In this document: one piece after another, positions 11,001 through 23,060 of the stretch
Layout of the letters: every line of letters begins with the position of its first letter
Position numbering within the stretch: position 1 is the first letter of the stretch
NCBI GenBank assembly: GCA_003614675.1
Contig: ML002328.1
Location: 1 to 41,448 of the forward strand
Direction: 5' to 3'
Source: Dimargaris cristalligena
Lineage: Eukaryota
Length of the DNA stretch: 41,448 nucleotides
Made by a program: the position numbers and the translations under genes
The notes under the pieces: model-generated
Database searches by the model: none
The model's input: the letters and a program-made list of their open reading frames with translations, nothing else
What the model was told of the DNA's origin: nothing

Positions 11001-14000
11001 CTAAAAACATCACCCAACCTACTTGAATGGATATTGGTCGGACTCCCTGGTCAGGCGAGGGACTACAATTCACCAAAGGCAAAGTCATAATGATGTATTG
11101 CTTATTTATGCTAGGGCTGTAAACCAGCGGTTGGGCTAATCTATGAGGTAAGAGAGTTTATCGGAGTTGTGGAAACCAACACGGTAAGTAATATGCGATT
11201 GGATATGGCCCCTCTAACTATAAGTACAGTATACTAAACTTAACGAAGTAGGGGGATGCCAGTAATTCGCTATTGGCGTATGCAGACTCGGCAAACTGGC
11301 ATCTCCAAGAAATCACCCCCATAGTTGATTCTGTTCTTACCCGGGGAAGGGGACAAATAATGCGACATGGCACTAGGAAATGTGGGCCGAGTAAAAGGTT
11401 TAGGGACACTTTTCAATGCGCTGTATTTAGATGGAGCAGATACTGGGGCGTGGCCACGTCCCGTAGAGGCAGTGATGGCCATACCTGCCCTCAGACCGGT
11501 TTAAGTAGTCTAGCACTCTGAGGATTGGGAGCGCTTCGGATATTGGGGAGGCTTAGCCTGGCCCTGGTGCGGCAGACTAGGGAGGCACTCGAGGGGACCG
11601 AAGGATGGTGGAGGTGGAGGAGTATCGGATTGTCTTAGAGGAAACTGACGGGAATATTCCGTGTCTGGTCTTAAGTAATCGGAGGGATGTCTGTTTCGGG
11701 AGACAACATAGGGGATCCATTCGTTTGAATATTGAACAAACCTTAACGAGCGGAGAAAGGCCTCTGGGAGATTGGATGCAGGGATTCTAAAAGGATGGGC
11801 CTATGGAGCCAGTGTACATTAGTGGATATGGTAGCAAATTAATGTGGCGGGGGGGGGGGTAAGTTGAAATGAGCTGCGACAGTGCTTCTTGCTCAAAATA
11901 GGCCTCGGGGTAGACTCCATTATCATTTTTCTGCCCCAGTATATTTGTGTATTGATCTACACTTGATCCGGCCATTCAAATTCCTTAAAAATCTGCCCAG
12001 TAAACTATAGTATGCAATACAACTAGCCATCCAGAGGTACTAACCGGCCTCTGGTTGTTTCCTTCCCTTTTACACGATAGTGTTGGCATGTAGCACTACT
12101 ATTTACAATACGCCTTATACCGTAGGGAGCACGGACCTTTACTGTATACAAGAACGATGGAAAAGTTGACTTACATAGTCAAGTAGTGGCGCTGGCAAGG
12201 CAGGGTAGGATGTGAGGGCAGCGGATATCAGAGGAAGACGGAGTTGGCTAAAACTGCTAAAGCGGATATGGTGAGAGATACTAAGGTGTTGGGGTAGCGG
12301 GTTTAGAATGTAACCGTGGACTAGTCAGATAAACAAAACAAATGGTGTGTACGGAGACCAAAATTAGAAAGTTAGCAATATCTGGTGGGGGGGTCTCAGT
12401 CGAATTTCGTTTCTGAGGCAGGAGGACTATCTTGTCCTTATGTGAGACTGTATATTCGTACCTCGTCAACTGAGAAGGATCACCGACCGCGCACCATGCT
12501 CAAGGGAGTGATAGGGACTATGAAGTTACTCTATACCCTGGCAGTCCACATGGTTCCTTGCGAATAGGGGTGTTCCGGTACGTGCACCACAGCTTCGTAA
12601 AAATGAAAAATAGCCTCCAATTACACGGAAACGTGCTCAACAGCCACTAAGTTCCCTATTATAATCGGCCCTGGGCGAAGAAATTTGCCAAGACCTGCGT
12701 ATATAAATAGCCGCCATTCTCGAATTCCGAAACCCCTCTACCAGCCCTACTAAAATAGGACAAACCTAAAAGTGCACGCTAGTGTCGGATATCCGAGCCT
12801 TGGGCAGTTCAGTTGGTAAGAAAAACAACCTCCACGATATACACCCAAGGAACCTGGCCAGCCCCACATTACCGCATGTAGAAACTGGCAATCGTCAAGA
12901 AACGAAATTTACGTTTATGGAAGCTAAAAAGCCTCGGCAATCACAATAATGAGAGACTTGTTCCAGCCATTGGAATTACAGGGGATAATGATCAGCACCC
13001 CTGCCACACCATTGGATTTGGCACTTTCCTGGGGCCAGTTCGAATCAGCATAATCCCGACTGTCGCTCCGCGGGCCCGTCTCGCCTAACTGGCCAGCCTA
13101 ATCAACCCCACCTGGCCCCGCTTGTAACCCTGATGCCTGCTTCACCGGCGATACAGGGGACAATAGGCATTAGCAGGGTGGTTTGGTGAGTGGGCCGACT
13201 GAATGAGGGTATGGACAGGTTACTCTGTGTGGTTCAGCGCTACTCCCCCGCTTCCTGTCGAACTAGCCCATGCAGCCACAGGCTCAGCCAGTGAAGAGCG
13301 CGCGGTTGCGGTAGGTTAGCGCCATATGTATGTATATCTGAAGAGCTGTCTTAAAAACGCGCTGGTCTCAGGCCAAGTAGAGTATGGAGGGGGGTAGACC
13401 CTCTGGGCCTTATTTTCAATTGGGAGATGATACCTAGCTAATCCTTGGAGCGAAATGGTTCTGATGGCGCGGCATGGGCTCGTTGACTGGAAACGCTACA
13501 TCTGTATTTGGGCGAATAGCATGCGAGCGTATCCTTGCCTGCCGAGAATCCCAGGACATTCGGAAACGGCCATTTGGTCACACTTCAACCACCCCCATTC
13601 ACAGTCGAATATCTGAGAAGATAGTCCGTCGGCCAGTAGTATTAGAATGGGTCTATCGCTAGGCGGCGGGCTGCTCGAAAACGGAATAAGCCAAGGAGAA
13701 GAAAGGACGGGGAAGTTACAGAAAGAGGGGGGCAGTTTACTTTCATGTGCAGCTTTTTCAGTGACCACCACCACTGCCTATTCACTGCGGCGTTCATTCC
13801 GCGCATATACAGAGCATTAGCATAGTTGAATAGCACAGCCCCCCTGCCGTTGGTCGTGAAGCGAACTGACGAGCTTCTCCTCACTCCCTCTCTCTCCCCC
13901 GTCCTTTCGTCTCCTCGGCTTGGCACTGGGATAGTTCGGCGGACTCCAAGGGGATAAGGACATACTCTGAACTCCACCCCTCTAAAGTTGTTGTTAACTG

Positions 14001-14519
14001 GAGGGCCGATCCTATTCTTAGCCTACCTTCGTGTACCACCAAGGCAGTGGGGGGAGGAGAATGAAAGAGTCCATTTCACCGTCTTTTTCACACACAGGCA
14101 TACATGCATACAGGTACAGTACGGCCATCGCTCAACGGACGGGTGCATACACAGACTGGGGAGCATATACATACACACAAGCATATATATATATGCTAAC
14201 CCCTCCGCCCCCAAACTCAACTTCCTGGTTCCTTGATGGCTTCACGTTAGTTACTTTTATCATCCGTACGCACAGCTGTTTCTTCTTCCCCTGTGGCCTA
14301 GCATTTTATCCCGCTCCGTCATCTCCCCGCGCATCTAGGGCGACTATTTCATGATTTGTTAACGACCCTACCACCCTTTTTTGACGCTTGCCCCCCACCC
14401 CTATCCTCCGCCGGTTATTTAATCCATTTACCGTTTGATACATCCATTCATTGCTTAGACCAACTATCATCTTCACCTTCACCTGGTACCCCTTCCCCCT
14501 TTCATTACCTCTCCACCCC

Positions 14520-15143
14520 ATGCATCGTCTTATCCGCTTCGCGATTGTTGGTCTCGTCCTGGCTGGGTCCGCCATGGCTCTAAAGGTCGAGATTCTGGAG
14601 CCCTACAGCAGTGTGGCTTGGAAGACTGGCTCACCGACTGTCATTAAGTACAAGCTTCAGCCCGACGAGGGCGAAAAGCAACTCTATGTCAACGCCGGGG
14701 AGACCTTCGATGCCTATCTCCTCCGCGATAAATTCGAGTTTGTCGCCAACATCCAAACGGCTGTCAATTTGGACAAACTCAGCATTACTTTTGATGTACC
14801 CCCCACCCTGAAGAGCGGATCCGACTACTTCATCCAAATCGGGAACAAGGAACACCAGTACTACTCTGGCCGTTTCTCCCTTAGCAACCCCAACCCTGCT
14901 GTTCCCGAAAACATTGACCCTGGCCAGCGGGCGGCCTACATGGGGGTCTACCGGAGCTTTGATCGGGGTTCAAATGTCAGCAGCTCGTCCCTATCCGGGG
15001 CCAGTGCGTCGGCCACTCGATCGCATACTAGCTCGGCCACATCCACGGACGACAGCGAGTCGTCTGCTGGGGCGACTGCCACCGGTATGTCGATGGTAGC
15101 CATTCTGGCCCTCACCTCGCTGCCTCTTTTCCGTTATCTCTAG
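14520..15143 (+). CDS. Secreted Ser/Thr-rich GPI-anchored cell-surface protein, Kre9/Knh1-like N-terminal domain (207 aa)
   Basis: From ATG 14520: signal peptide MHRLIRFAIVGLVLAGSAMA; beta-domain with ILEP..W.TG...I.Y and VPPTLKSGSDYFIQI...YSGRFSL; S/T-rich stalk; small-residue omega region and hydrophobic tail (MVAILALTSLPLF). Confidence 0.85.
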   Translation: MHRLIRFAIVGLVLAGSAMALKVEILEPYSSVAWKTGSPTVIKYKLQPDEGEKQLYVNAGETFDAYLLRDKFEFVANIQTAVNLDKLSITFDVPPTLKSGSDYFIQIGNKEHQYYSGRFSLSNPNPAVPENIDPGQRAAYMGVYRSFDRGSNVSSSSLSGASASATRSHTSSATSTDDSESSAGATATGMSMVAILALTSLPLFRYL

Positions 15144-17045
15144 GGGAGGAGGATACTTAGACGACCAAGATCCCCGGGGAACTCCGCTTCCCTAGTGAGA
15201 TAACCATCTCTCTACTCGAGGCGACTGAAGGGAGAACCGCACCTATGTTCCATGATACCATCATTTAATTTCACATTAATCGTCTGTGTCCGCTATTTGG
15301 AGGAGGCGCCCCCCGGCCGCCACTGGGGCAACCCAGTCCAGTCGACGGCCAGGGATCATTGGCGCAGCCTTAACCCCCTCAAGACTGTGGGGCATTACTA
15401 TTTAGTTCAATTATTAGTTTATTATACTTTTATTTTCCGGCGCTCTATTGGCGTTCAATAAACGGACTTGTCGAGCGTTTATGCAAGTTATGCGGAATAA
15501 TTACGAGCGTAGAGTCTCGATTGTGCTGATTTGTAAGGTTACGGAAGGAGGGGGATCTACGCCCCACTGATAGGGGAGGGGGGTCTTTCGTATTACAAAA
15601 AGAGGGGGAGTGGGGAAGGTTCCTTTCCCGTCCCCCCTATTGTGTAAAGGGCATTGATTAAGGGACGATTGGCCGATTCTAATCGCTTGGAGCAGGCCAT
15701 GACGATGTACACTTGGTTTCACTCGAAACGGAACGTATGAGCGGAAAATGGGACCGTTTCAGATGGTTAGGGTACACATTAATTTAGGGAGGTTGGTTGG
15801 TTGGTACACCCCTCCTCCCTAGACTAAAACCACGGTCTGGTATCGGTTTGGGCGGGTGGATTCAACTGCCGTTTCACTTGGGACTGTCCATGTATGCGCC
15901 TTATCCGTGCTCGGAAACATGGCATGGCTTCGTACGCTGTTCTTCTTAATAGTATACCCCACCTTTGTCGATTTATTTCTTATATACCTCCGTTGCTTCG
16001 ATGAGGAAGTGTTTGAGCTTCTTCTTGTTGGCCCCACCTCTCATATGTGCAGTATACTATATTTTTTATAACTCTTTCGACCGAATCCCGACGCATTCGC
16101 GTAGGCTCCTCCTCCACACCCACCCTCAAAAAAAGAAGAACACCCCGGCCTCACGCACCTTCGTACTATAAGTGCACTGTGCCCCTCTATTCTATTCTGC
16201 TCGGAACTGGCCAGCAGTTTTTCTTTTTGTACGTGGTTCACGGGTGACTTCCATTCAGTCTAGAGTGCAGGCCGACTCCACCCTTCCCTTGGTTTGCTAT
16301 TCAGCGGGATATTGTTGCAAAGGTAGGTAGGTTGACTGTACCCTCCTCAAAGGGGTACGGATAGGATAGGATAACCCAAGGTGAATAGAGTGGCGAGGCT
16401 CTGGGCCTTTGCCATTTTTACCCCATTGGCAGTGGTATTGTATTTAGCATCCAGCGCATAGTCAGCAGGACCTCTCCGTTTATTTTTACGCTATCAGGCG
16501 CCCGCTTTTCTTTAAACGTGACGATTATATATTTAGTACGATGGTTGATGAGAGACTTGTTCTTGTGGGGGGCAATAACCCTAAAGGAGTGGAGTGGTGG
16601 TTTTACCTATTATACAGTCTTAGTAGGCCTGGGACATTTCGTCATGTCCGCCTTGCATAGCTATGCAGCTCCGCTTGCCACACTGCGAATGGCTGCTGTT
16701 CTTATGGCCTGCTTCTTTTTAATGGCGCTTGGGCCTATTCCTGCTATAATTCGTGGTGTAGTGTAGCAGTGACTCAATCGATCATCTGTAGGGTGTAACA
16801 TGTAGGAAGTGGAGCTTCGGAGTTGGAAGGAATCTCTTACCTTATCGCAGGCCGTTTACTATATACCCCCACCTAATCCCTCTAATCCTATTAACCCTAA
16901 AGCCTCTTTTTCCTCCCTTTTTAGGGAGATGGGCGAGCTATACCAAGCATGCGTAACGTCGTCGTAGTTCACTGCCTTTTCTTCCCCCCCCCCGTTCCCT
17001 TTCTCCTAGTATTATTAGCCCAGGGATGGTTCTCTTCCCTTTGTC

Positions 17046-17085
17046 TCCTACTCCTATAATTACTCCTACTCCTACTCCTACTCCT
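17046..17085. repeat. Imperfect (CTCCTA)n tandem repeat upstream of the F-box gene
   Basis: ctcctactcctataattactcctactcctactcctactcct read directly. Confidence 0.7.
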
Positions 17086-17366
17086 GCCTTACCCTTCCAT
17101 ATATCTAATGACATCCACCAGTCCGCCTTGGCCGCTTATTAACTCGTTTTGCTCGTATGCTTCGTGTATTTCGGTGTATTTTTACCGTACCCTCCTGTAA
17201 CTAGAGTCCGAACCCTCTCCCCTGGCCGCCAGTCCTAACCAACCCTCCCGTTTAATAACGTGGTCCCCCTGATACCCCTCCTCCTATCCCAACCGCCGAT
17301 ACCCCGCCTCGTCGTATTCCCCCTATCGCTGGAACGTCGAGCACCCCTTCTCCTACTAGACCAACC

Positions 17367-20312
17367 ATGCGGCACACCACCTCCTACTTCGTCAACAAAT
17401 GCAAGTCCCTCAAGCAGATTTGGTACGGCAAGAAGGGCACCCACCCCGCTCATTCGGAAGAACCCGTAGTCCTTAGGGAAGAAACCGACCCTGCGTCGGA
17501 CCGCGAAGACGACGAGGAGGGCTATCCCTTGCCCACGGACCAGTCGGGGCCCTATCTCCACCCCAACAATTCCTTCGACACCAGTTTGCTGGCCCACCTG
17601 GATATTGACGCCTATTGGAATGATGCCTACCGCCTAGCCGCCGGGTACTTCCCCACCACCCCTACTCGACAGTCCCACCCGCACGAGGCTAGCACCAGCC
17701 AGCTTCCCAGCTCCCTGCAGGGCCACGATAGCTCAATGCCCACGCCGGAGGGCCCGTGTCGAACCCTGTTACCCTCCCTGCCGTCCGAGTCAGGTGCCCC
17801 GCCCCGCCTATCCGGTGCTGCGTCTTCGCTCAGTCTGGCCACCCTCGCTGACTATCCCGAACTCTCGTTGCCCAGTGGATCTTCCACCGCACCTGCCACT
17901 ATGGCCTGCCGAGGTCCACCCTCACGACGCCGGACCGCCAAGTGCCGTGTGGCTCAGCCCGGCTCGACCTCCCACCCCGGCCCCGCTAAGGTGCGCGTCA
18001 AGAGCGTAGGGTCGGCCAGAGGCATCGGCTTCCTACGCTCCAAAAGTCTTGAGGACTTCCCCGAATACCTTCGATTACGAGCATCTTTGCCTAACCTGGC
18101 ACCCCTCTTTCATCGCCACACTCCGCCCAAGGTCAGGGGGCGATCATCGGAATCCAGTGATCACTGTGCCATTGGTAAGTTTTTTTTCAGGTCTCGGCCA
18201 CGGTGGACCCTTGCCCAAGAAAGGGTTCATATGAATTGATATATACTCTACCCATTCGTTTACCGAAAAAATGAAAACCACATGCGTTGACCAAGGGGCG
18301 ACCCTTGGGGTTCTTCTCGACCCCAGCCTTATCCAGACGCAGTCGTCGGGCGAGGCTCGGCCTCGGTCTCTACTGGACATGTCCCGATTCCAATATATAT
18401 ATATATATATGGGTCCATGGGAGGGCCCAGTGGCCTGGCCCTTTTCTACATGCTAGTCTACCTTTTATCATACTTCCAACCCCCGTTGTAATTGAGCATA
18501 GCCCGGCGGTTAATAATCTCCGTTAAAGAGGCTACTGACGGGACTTATTCAGCTGCAGACGTGCGTGTGGTATTCTACTACCCCAGATTCTCCGGTCTCT
18601 TCATACCGCCTTGCTCCTGCAGAGTTCTATTCTTTGAAACAGCGTATAGCTCCTTTGTACTTGGTTTCCAAAATTTCGGAGATAATCCCTTGATGCTCCC
18701 ATTTTTCCCACAGCTCTTTTTGATATATATATCCATACTGTAGGCATCATGTGGAGAGTCGATCGGCGAAGTGAGTGAGCGAGTGAATCTATCCGCTAAC
18801 TATTTTTTTTATGTTTCAATTTTCATGCCAACTACCTGTGTTTCCCTTGTCCTATTAGATTTCCTCACTGAACTACCCCCCGAGTTATCTCTACAGATTC
18901 TAAGTCAGCTCGATGCCGAGTCATTGACCCGCGCGGCGCTGGTTTCCCGCGACTGGCACGGCTTTACATTGGATCCTTTACTATGGCGGCAGGCCTTTTT
19001 ACAGCAGTCCGAGTGGACGTACACGTATGGGCTTACACCCGGCACACGCAGCCGCCCTACCGCTACTTCCCCCCAATGCACCAGCAGCCTACCCGCCCCT
19101 TCCGAACCTCGCCCAGTCGATTGGACCCCACCAACCTCCCCCAGCAATGGGGTGGCCCCGATGGATATTTCTACCGAATCGGTTGGCTGGACTGCCGAGG
19201 GCGCCGTGGAGCATCGCCCCCCCAAAGCGGCCCCATTGTCCCCCATGGCAATCGACTCGGTGCATTCGGATCACCCCGAGCAGGAGTGGTCGTCGTCGTC
19301 ACCCACCCACCGTCTCTCTACATGGGACGACATGATGGCCGGAATCCGACCTTGGCGGACCATGTATCAGCAGCGCCACCGGTTGGAGAAGCGGTGGACC
19401 GCCAACGGGCCCAAGACCGTGCACTACCTAAACGGCCATAGTGACAGCGTGTACTGCCTCCAGTTCAACGACGATCTCCTGGTCACGGGATCACGCGACC
19501 GAACCGTGAAATTCTGGGATTTGAGGGACGACTATCGCTGCACACGTACCCTGGCTGGTCACGAAGGGTCGGTACTGTGCCTCAAGTACGATGCCCGGCA
19601 TTTGGTGACGGGATCCAGTGATTTTTCTGTCATGGTGTGGGATATGGACCAGCCCCCGGAGGCAGACCCGCCGCCACAGGGCCCTGTAATGCAACTGCGT
19701 AGCCACATTGCCGGGGTTCTGGATGTGGCCATGAGTGACCAAACCATTGTATCGTGCTCCAAAGACTGCACCATCAAGCTATGGAACCGGGCCAACGGGG
19801 ACCTTCTCCGGAGTATCCCGGCCCACCGACGCCCAGTCAACGCCATCCAAATCAGTGGCCACCAAATGGTTTCGGCATCAGGGGACGGCCTTGTCAACCT
19901 CTGGGACGTGGAAACGGGGAATTACATTCGGTCGTTCGAGGGCCATTTGTCGGGTCTGGCGTGCGTGCAGTTTAAGGATAATCGGATTCTCTCTGGGTCC
20001 AATGATAAGACGATTAAAATGTGGGATCCGCGCACCAGCGAATGCGTAAGCACTCTTACAGGCCACCAGGACCTAGTCCGAACTCTCCATTACGCCGGTG
20101 GTCAGCGGCTCGTGTCGGGGTCCTACGACCAAACGGTGAAGATTTGGGACCTGGCCGCCAACAAGTGCAACCTGTCCCTGGACAATGGCCACTCGTCATG
20201 GGTGTTTGACGTCCAATGTGACCTGACCCGCTTGATTAGTGCGGGGCAGGACCAAAAAATCCTGGTTTGGGAGTTTGCCCCCGATTTGGATGACACCCTA
20301 TTGGTGGCCTAA
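17367..20312 (+). CDS. F-box/WD40 protein, beta-TrCP/Pof11/FWD-1-like; exons 17367-18174 and 18859-20312 (753 aa)
   Basis: Donor ATTG|gtaagt at 18175 and acceptor ctattag|AT at 18858 join in phase 1 to give CAIDFLTELPPELSLQILSQLDAESL (F-box). GCTAAC near 18795. Seven WD40 repeats, e.g. GHSDSVYCLQF...TGSRDRTVKFWD and GHEGSVLCLKYD...TGSSDFSVMVWD, typical of the beta-TrCP class. Confidence 0.9.
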
Positions 20313-21220
20313 ACAGTGGAGGTGCGAGGGGAGTAGAAAGAACCGTTACACCATCGAGACCCACTTGCACCTAACTCGCCGTTTTATGCGGAGTTGGACC
20401 TATTTTCCGTACCTATGCATGGGGGGCGAGTCCGGAGGGGGAGTTCAGGCGTTTTTATCGGTTCGACCAGCACAATCCCTCCTCCCGCCCCTTCCCCGAC
20501 TTGGGCCAGTTTTTAGCCCGCTTCAGCCAACCACACCACTATCCCTATATATGAAAAGTATCCATCATTTTTGTATCTTCTGAATCAAAACAGGAGATGG
20601 GCATGGAATTGTTGGGCTCATACACACACACACACACATCGCATTGGGAGTAGTATCGTGATTTCAGTTCACCGAGCCGTCCGTCTTTTTTTTAAAAAAA
20701 AAATGTTTTTTTTTTGCTTGACCTCATCCCCCATCCCATGTATATAGTCATTTTTGGACATTCAGATGTGGCCAAGATGGTCACATATGCAATACTTTGA
20801 ATATGATTGTAAGTAGACATTAGATGTATTTAATTAAACCGTATATAATATCAAAAATTATCTTCTATTGTGCCGGGGAATACAGGGGGAGGGGGCACAT
20901 GACCGTGCCTCGGTGGTGGTGTAGGGACAGGAAAACTATTAATGGGAGAGGGAGACTTTCCAGAAAACCATACCAGTCAGCCGGTCCTAAACAGAACGAG
21001 TATGGGTGGGTTTAATTAAGGAAGATTACTAAACTGTATTGAATAAGATAAGGTAGTGTAAGTAGGTTCATAGCAGGGTAGGGAGAGAATAAGATATGTA
21101 AGCATCAGAAGGGAGAAGGCATTAATCCGAAAAAGAGGGTGGTGATAAGGGTGGTTTTGCCCAACCAATGGCTCGGGGGCAGGGTAATTAACAAGAGGAG
21201 GTGGTGGTGGTTAGTCGGGA

Positions 21221-21910
21221 TTAGTCCGATTTCTTGGGCTCAGGCCGTCGACGGGGGGGCAGATTATTACTATTGCGAATGGGGGACGAGGGGGAGTCCT
21301 GGGGGGCCGGGGCACCTTGGGCCATCAAGACGGTACCCAGCAGAATGAGACTAGAGCCGAACCACCAGCGCAGGGACAGGGGCTCGCCAAAGACCAAGTT
21401 GCCCAGGAGGGCGGTCAGGAAGAAGTTTACGGCGGTATTGTACACGGTCACGGTGATGGACGAGTCGGCCTTGTGGAGGGCCTTGGAGAAGAGGGCCCAC
21501 ATGAGAATGTTGCTTAAACCAATTAGAACAAGGCAGGCGGCGCGGACCGAGTAGGCGAACGAGTCGTCCGACTTCAGGACGTCAAAACCGGTAAAGTGGT
21601 GGAGGACTTCAGCGGCGGTGGCGCCTACGGCAAGCAGGAATTCGGATAGAAAAACCCACATGGACGGACTGGCGGCAGGCTGGGGGTAGTGGTGGGGGGC
21701 GGTGTGAAGGAGCAGAGTCTGCAAGTGCGAGGCTAGTTCGGAGGTGCGGGCATCGATGGCGAGTTTGGCGAACAGAGAGGCGGCGGCGGCCAAGGAGCCG
21801 GCCAGGATGGCGTGGGTGGTACCACAAGGCAAGGCATTGAAGGGCCGGGGCAGCTGACACACCTTGGAGCCAAAGGTGGTGCGGTAGTTGTCGTAGTGGA
21901 TTTTCGGCAT
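21221..21910 (-). CDS. TMEM42-like DMT/EamA-superfamily membrane protein (229 aa)
   Basis: ATG 21910 in tccgccATG context. Motifs AILAGSLAAAASLFAKL, SNILMWALFSKAL, VTVYNTAVNFFLTALLGNLVFGEPLSLRWWFGSSLILLG are characteristic of TMEM42. Confidence 0.85.
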   Translation of the reverse strand: MPKIHYDNYRTTFGSKVCQLPRPFNALPCGTTHAILAGSLAAAASLFAKLAIDARTSELASHLQTLLLHTAPHHYPQPAASPSMWVFLSEFLLAVGATAAEVLHHFTGFDVLKSDDSFAYSVRAACLVLIGLSNILMWALFSKALHKADSSITVTVYNTAVNFFLTALLGNLVFGEPLSLRWWFGSSLILLGTVLMAQGAPAPQDSPSSPIRNSNNLPPRRRPEPKKSD

Positions 21911-22125
21911 GGCGGAGGAGATGGAGAGGAGGGCAAGGGACTTTGGAGGAAAGGGAGGAGTTAGCTGGGTGAAAAGAATAACAAACCCTTTAGGGACACT
22001 GACAAAATAAAGGTGGCGAGTACAAACAACTGAGCAGTAGAGACGAGACGGGTTTTTGAGACGCAATGTGAAACGGGGCAAGAAGCTTCGTGCGACCGCA
22101 GTTACTAAAGAGGAGATCTAGAGAG

Positions 22126-22160
22126 GAAAGGAAAGGAAAGGAAAGGAAAGGACAGGAAAG
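22126..22160. repeat. (GAAAG)n pentanucleotide microsatellite
   Basis: gaaaggaaaggaaaggaaaggaaaggacaggaaag; forms a pyrimidine tract on the coding strand upstream of the TMEM42-like gene. Confidence 0.85.
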
Positions 22161-22527
22161 AAGGTGTGGGGGAAAGTTTACTTAATAGCCGCCGACCCAT
22201 AATGAATGTTGGTTATATATATATATATATATTACGCGGCCACCTGAACCTCTGAGTATAATAGAGGTAGGGCCAAAGCATGCAGAAGATCCACACCACA
22301 CCCCACCAGCAAAAATATATTTAAAAAAAATAATACCAGTGATGACGAATGGGATACTACGCATTCCGGCTCCCGCCGATGGGGATGGATCAGCATCATC
22401 CTATTAGAGCCTGGCTCTGGACTTGGAGTGTCAGTGGTGTGAATAGGGAGATAGAGAGATAGATAGATATAGATAGGTTGTTACATAATAAAACCAGTCA
22501 GCTGGCTGTGTGGCCTCTGCTAGGCGA

Positions 22528-22623
22528 AGTGGTAGTGGTAGTGGTAGTGGTAGTGGTAGTGGTAGTGGTAGTGGTAGTGGTAGTGGTAGTGGTAGTGGTA
22601 GTGGTAGTGGTAGTGGTAGTGGT
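22528..22623. repeat. Perfect (AGTGGT)16 hexanucleotide microsatellite
   Basis: 96 nt of uninterrupted AGTGGT units; explains the poly-V and (LP)n ORFs. Confidence 0.97.
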
Positions 22624-23060
22624 TGAAAAATTTGTCCGAGACCTCCCCTCCACAATCTGGTATATCCAACACCTGGAAGCACAGTAGAGTATATATCAGG
22701 ACGGCCCGATAGGGTTAACCCGCAAAACTCAACTCCCCCTCCTCTCCCACTTACTCTTCTCGACTGTCTCTGTGTATGTGTGATCAGGCCATTACTACAT
22801 GGCGCTAGAAGAAGCAGGTAAATCTGGCGAATATGCCAGATTTGTCCCGCAGCATACCGCAATGAGCCGAGCGGATATCAATAAAAAGCGCAAATGAGCA
22901 TAATGATTGACATACTAATACACTAACCTAAAATGGGGTACCGTACAATTGGATATATTAATAAATAGACTAGGTGATATCAATAGTTTATTAGCTGGTT
23001 TCATACCGCAGTATCTTCTCGGCCATCTACCGGCAAGAAATGAGAGAAAAAAAGAGCTAG

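Noticed and set aside
13020-13330. tRNA-like fragments (GTTCGAATC ~13038; GCTCAG...GAGC ~13282)
   Set aside because: Wrong order and spacing, no T or acceptor stems.
22339-22440. Possible C/D snoRNA (GTGATGA); also ATGATGA at ~24932
   Set aside because: No suitably placed CTGA D box or terminal stem.
22431-22862. (LP)n and poly-Val ORFs
   Set aside because: Translations of the AGTGGT microsatellite.
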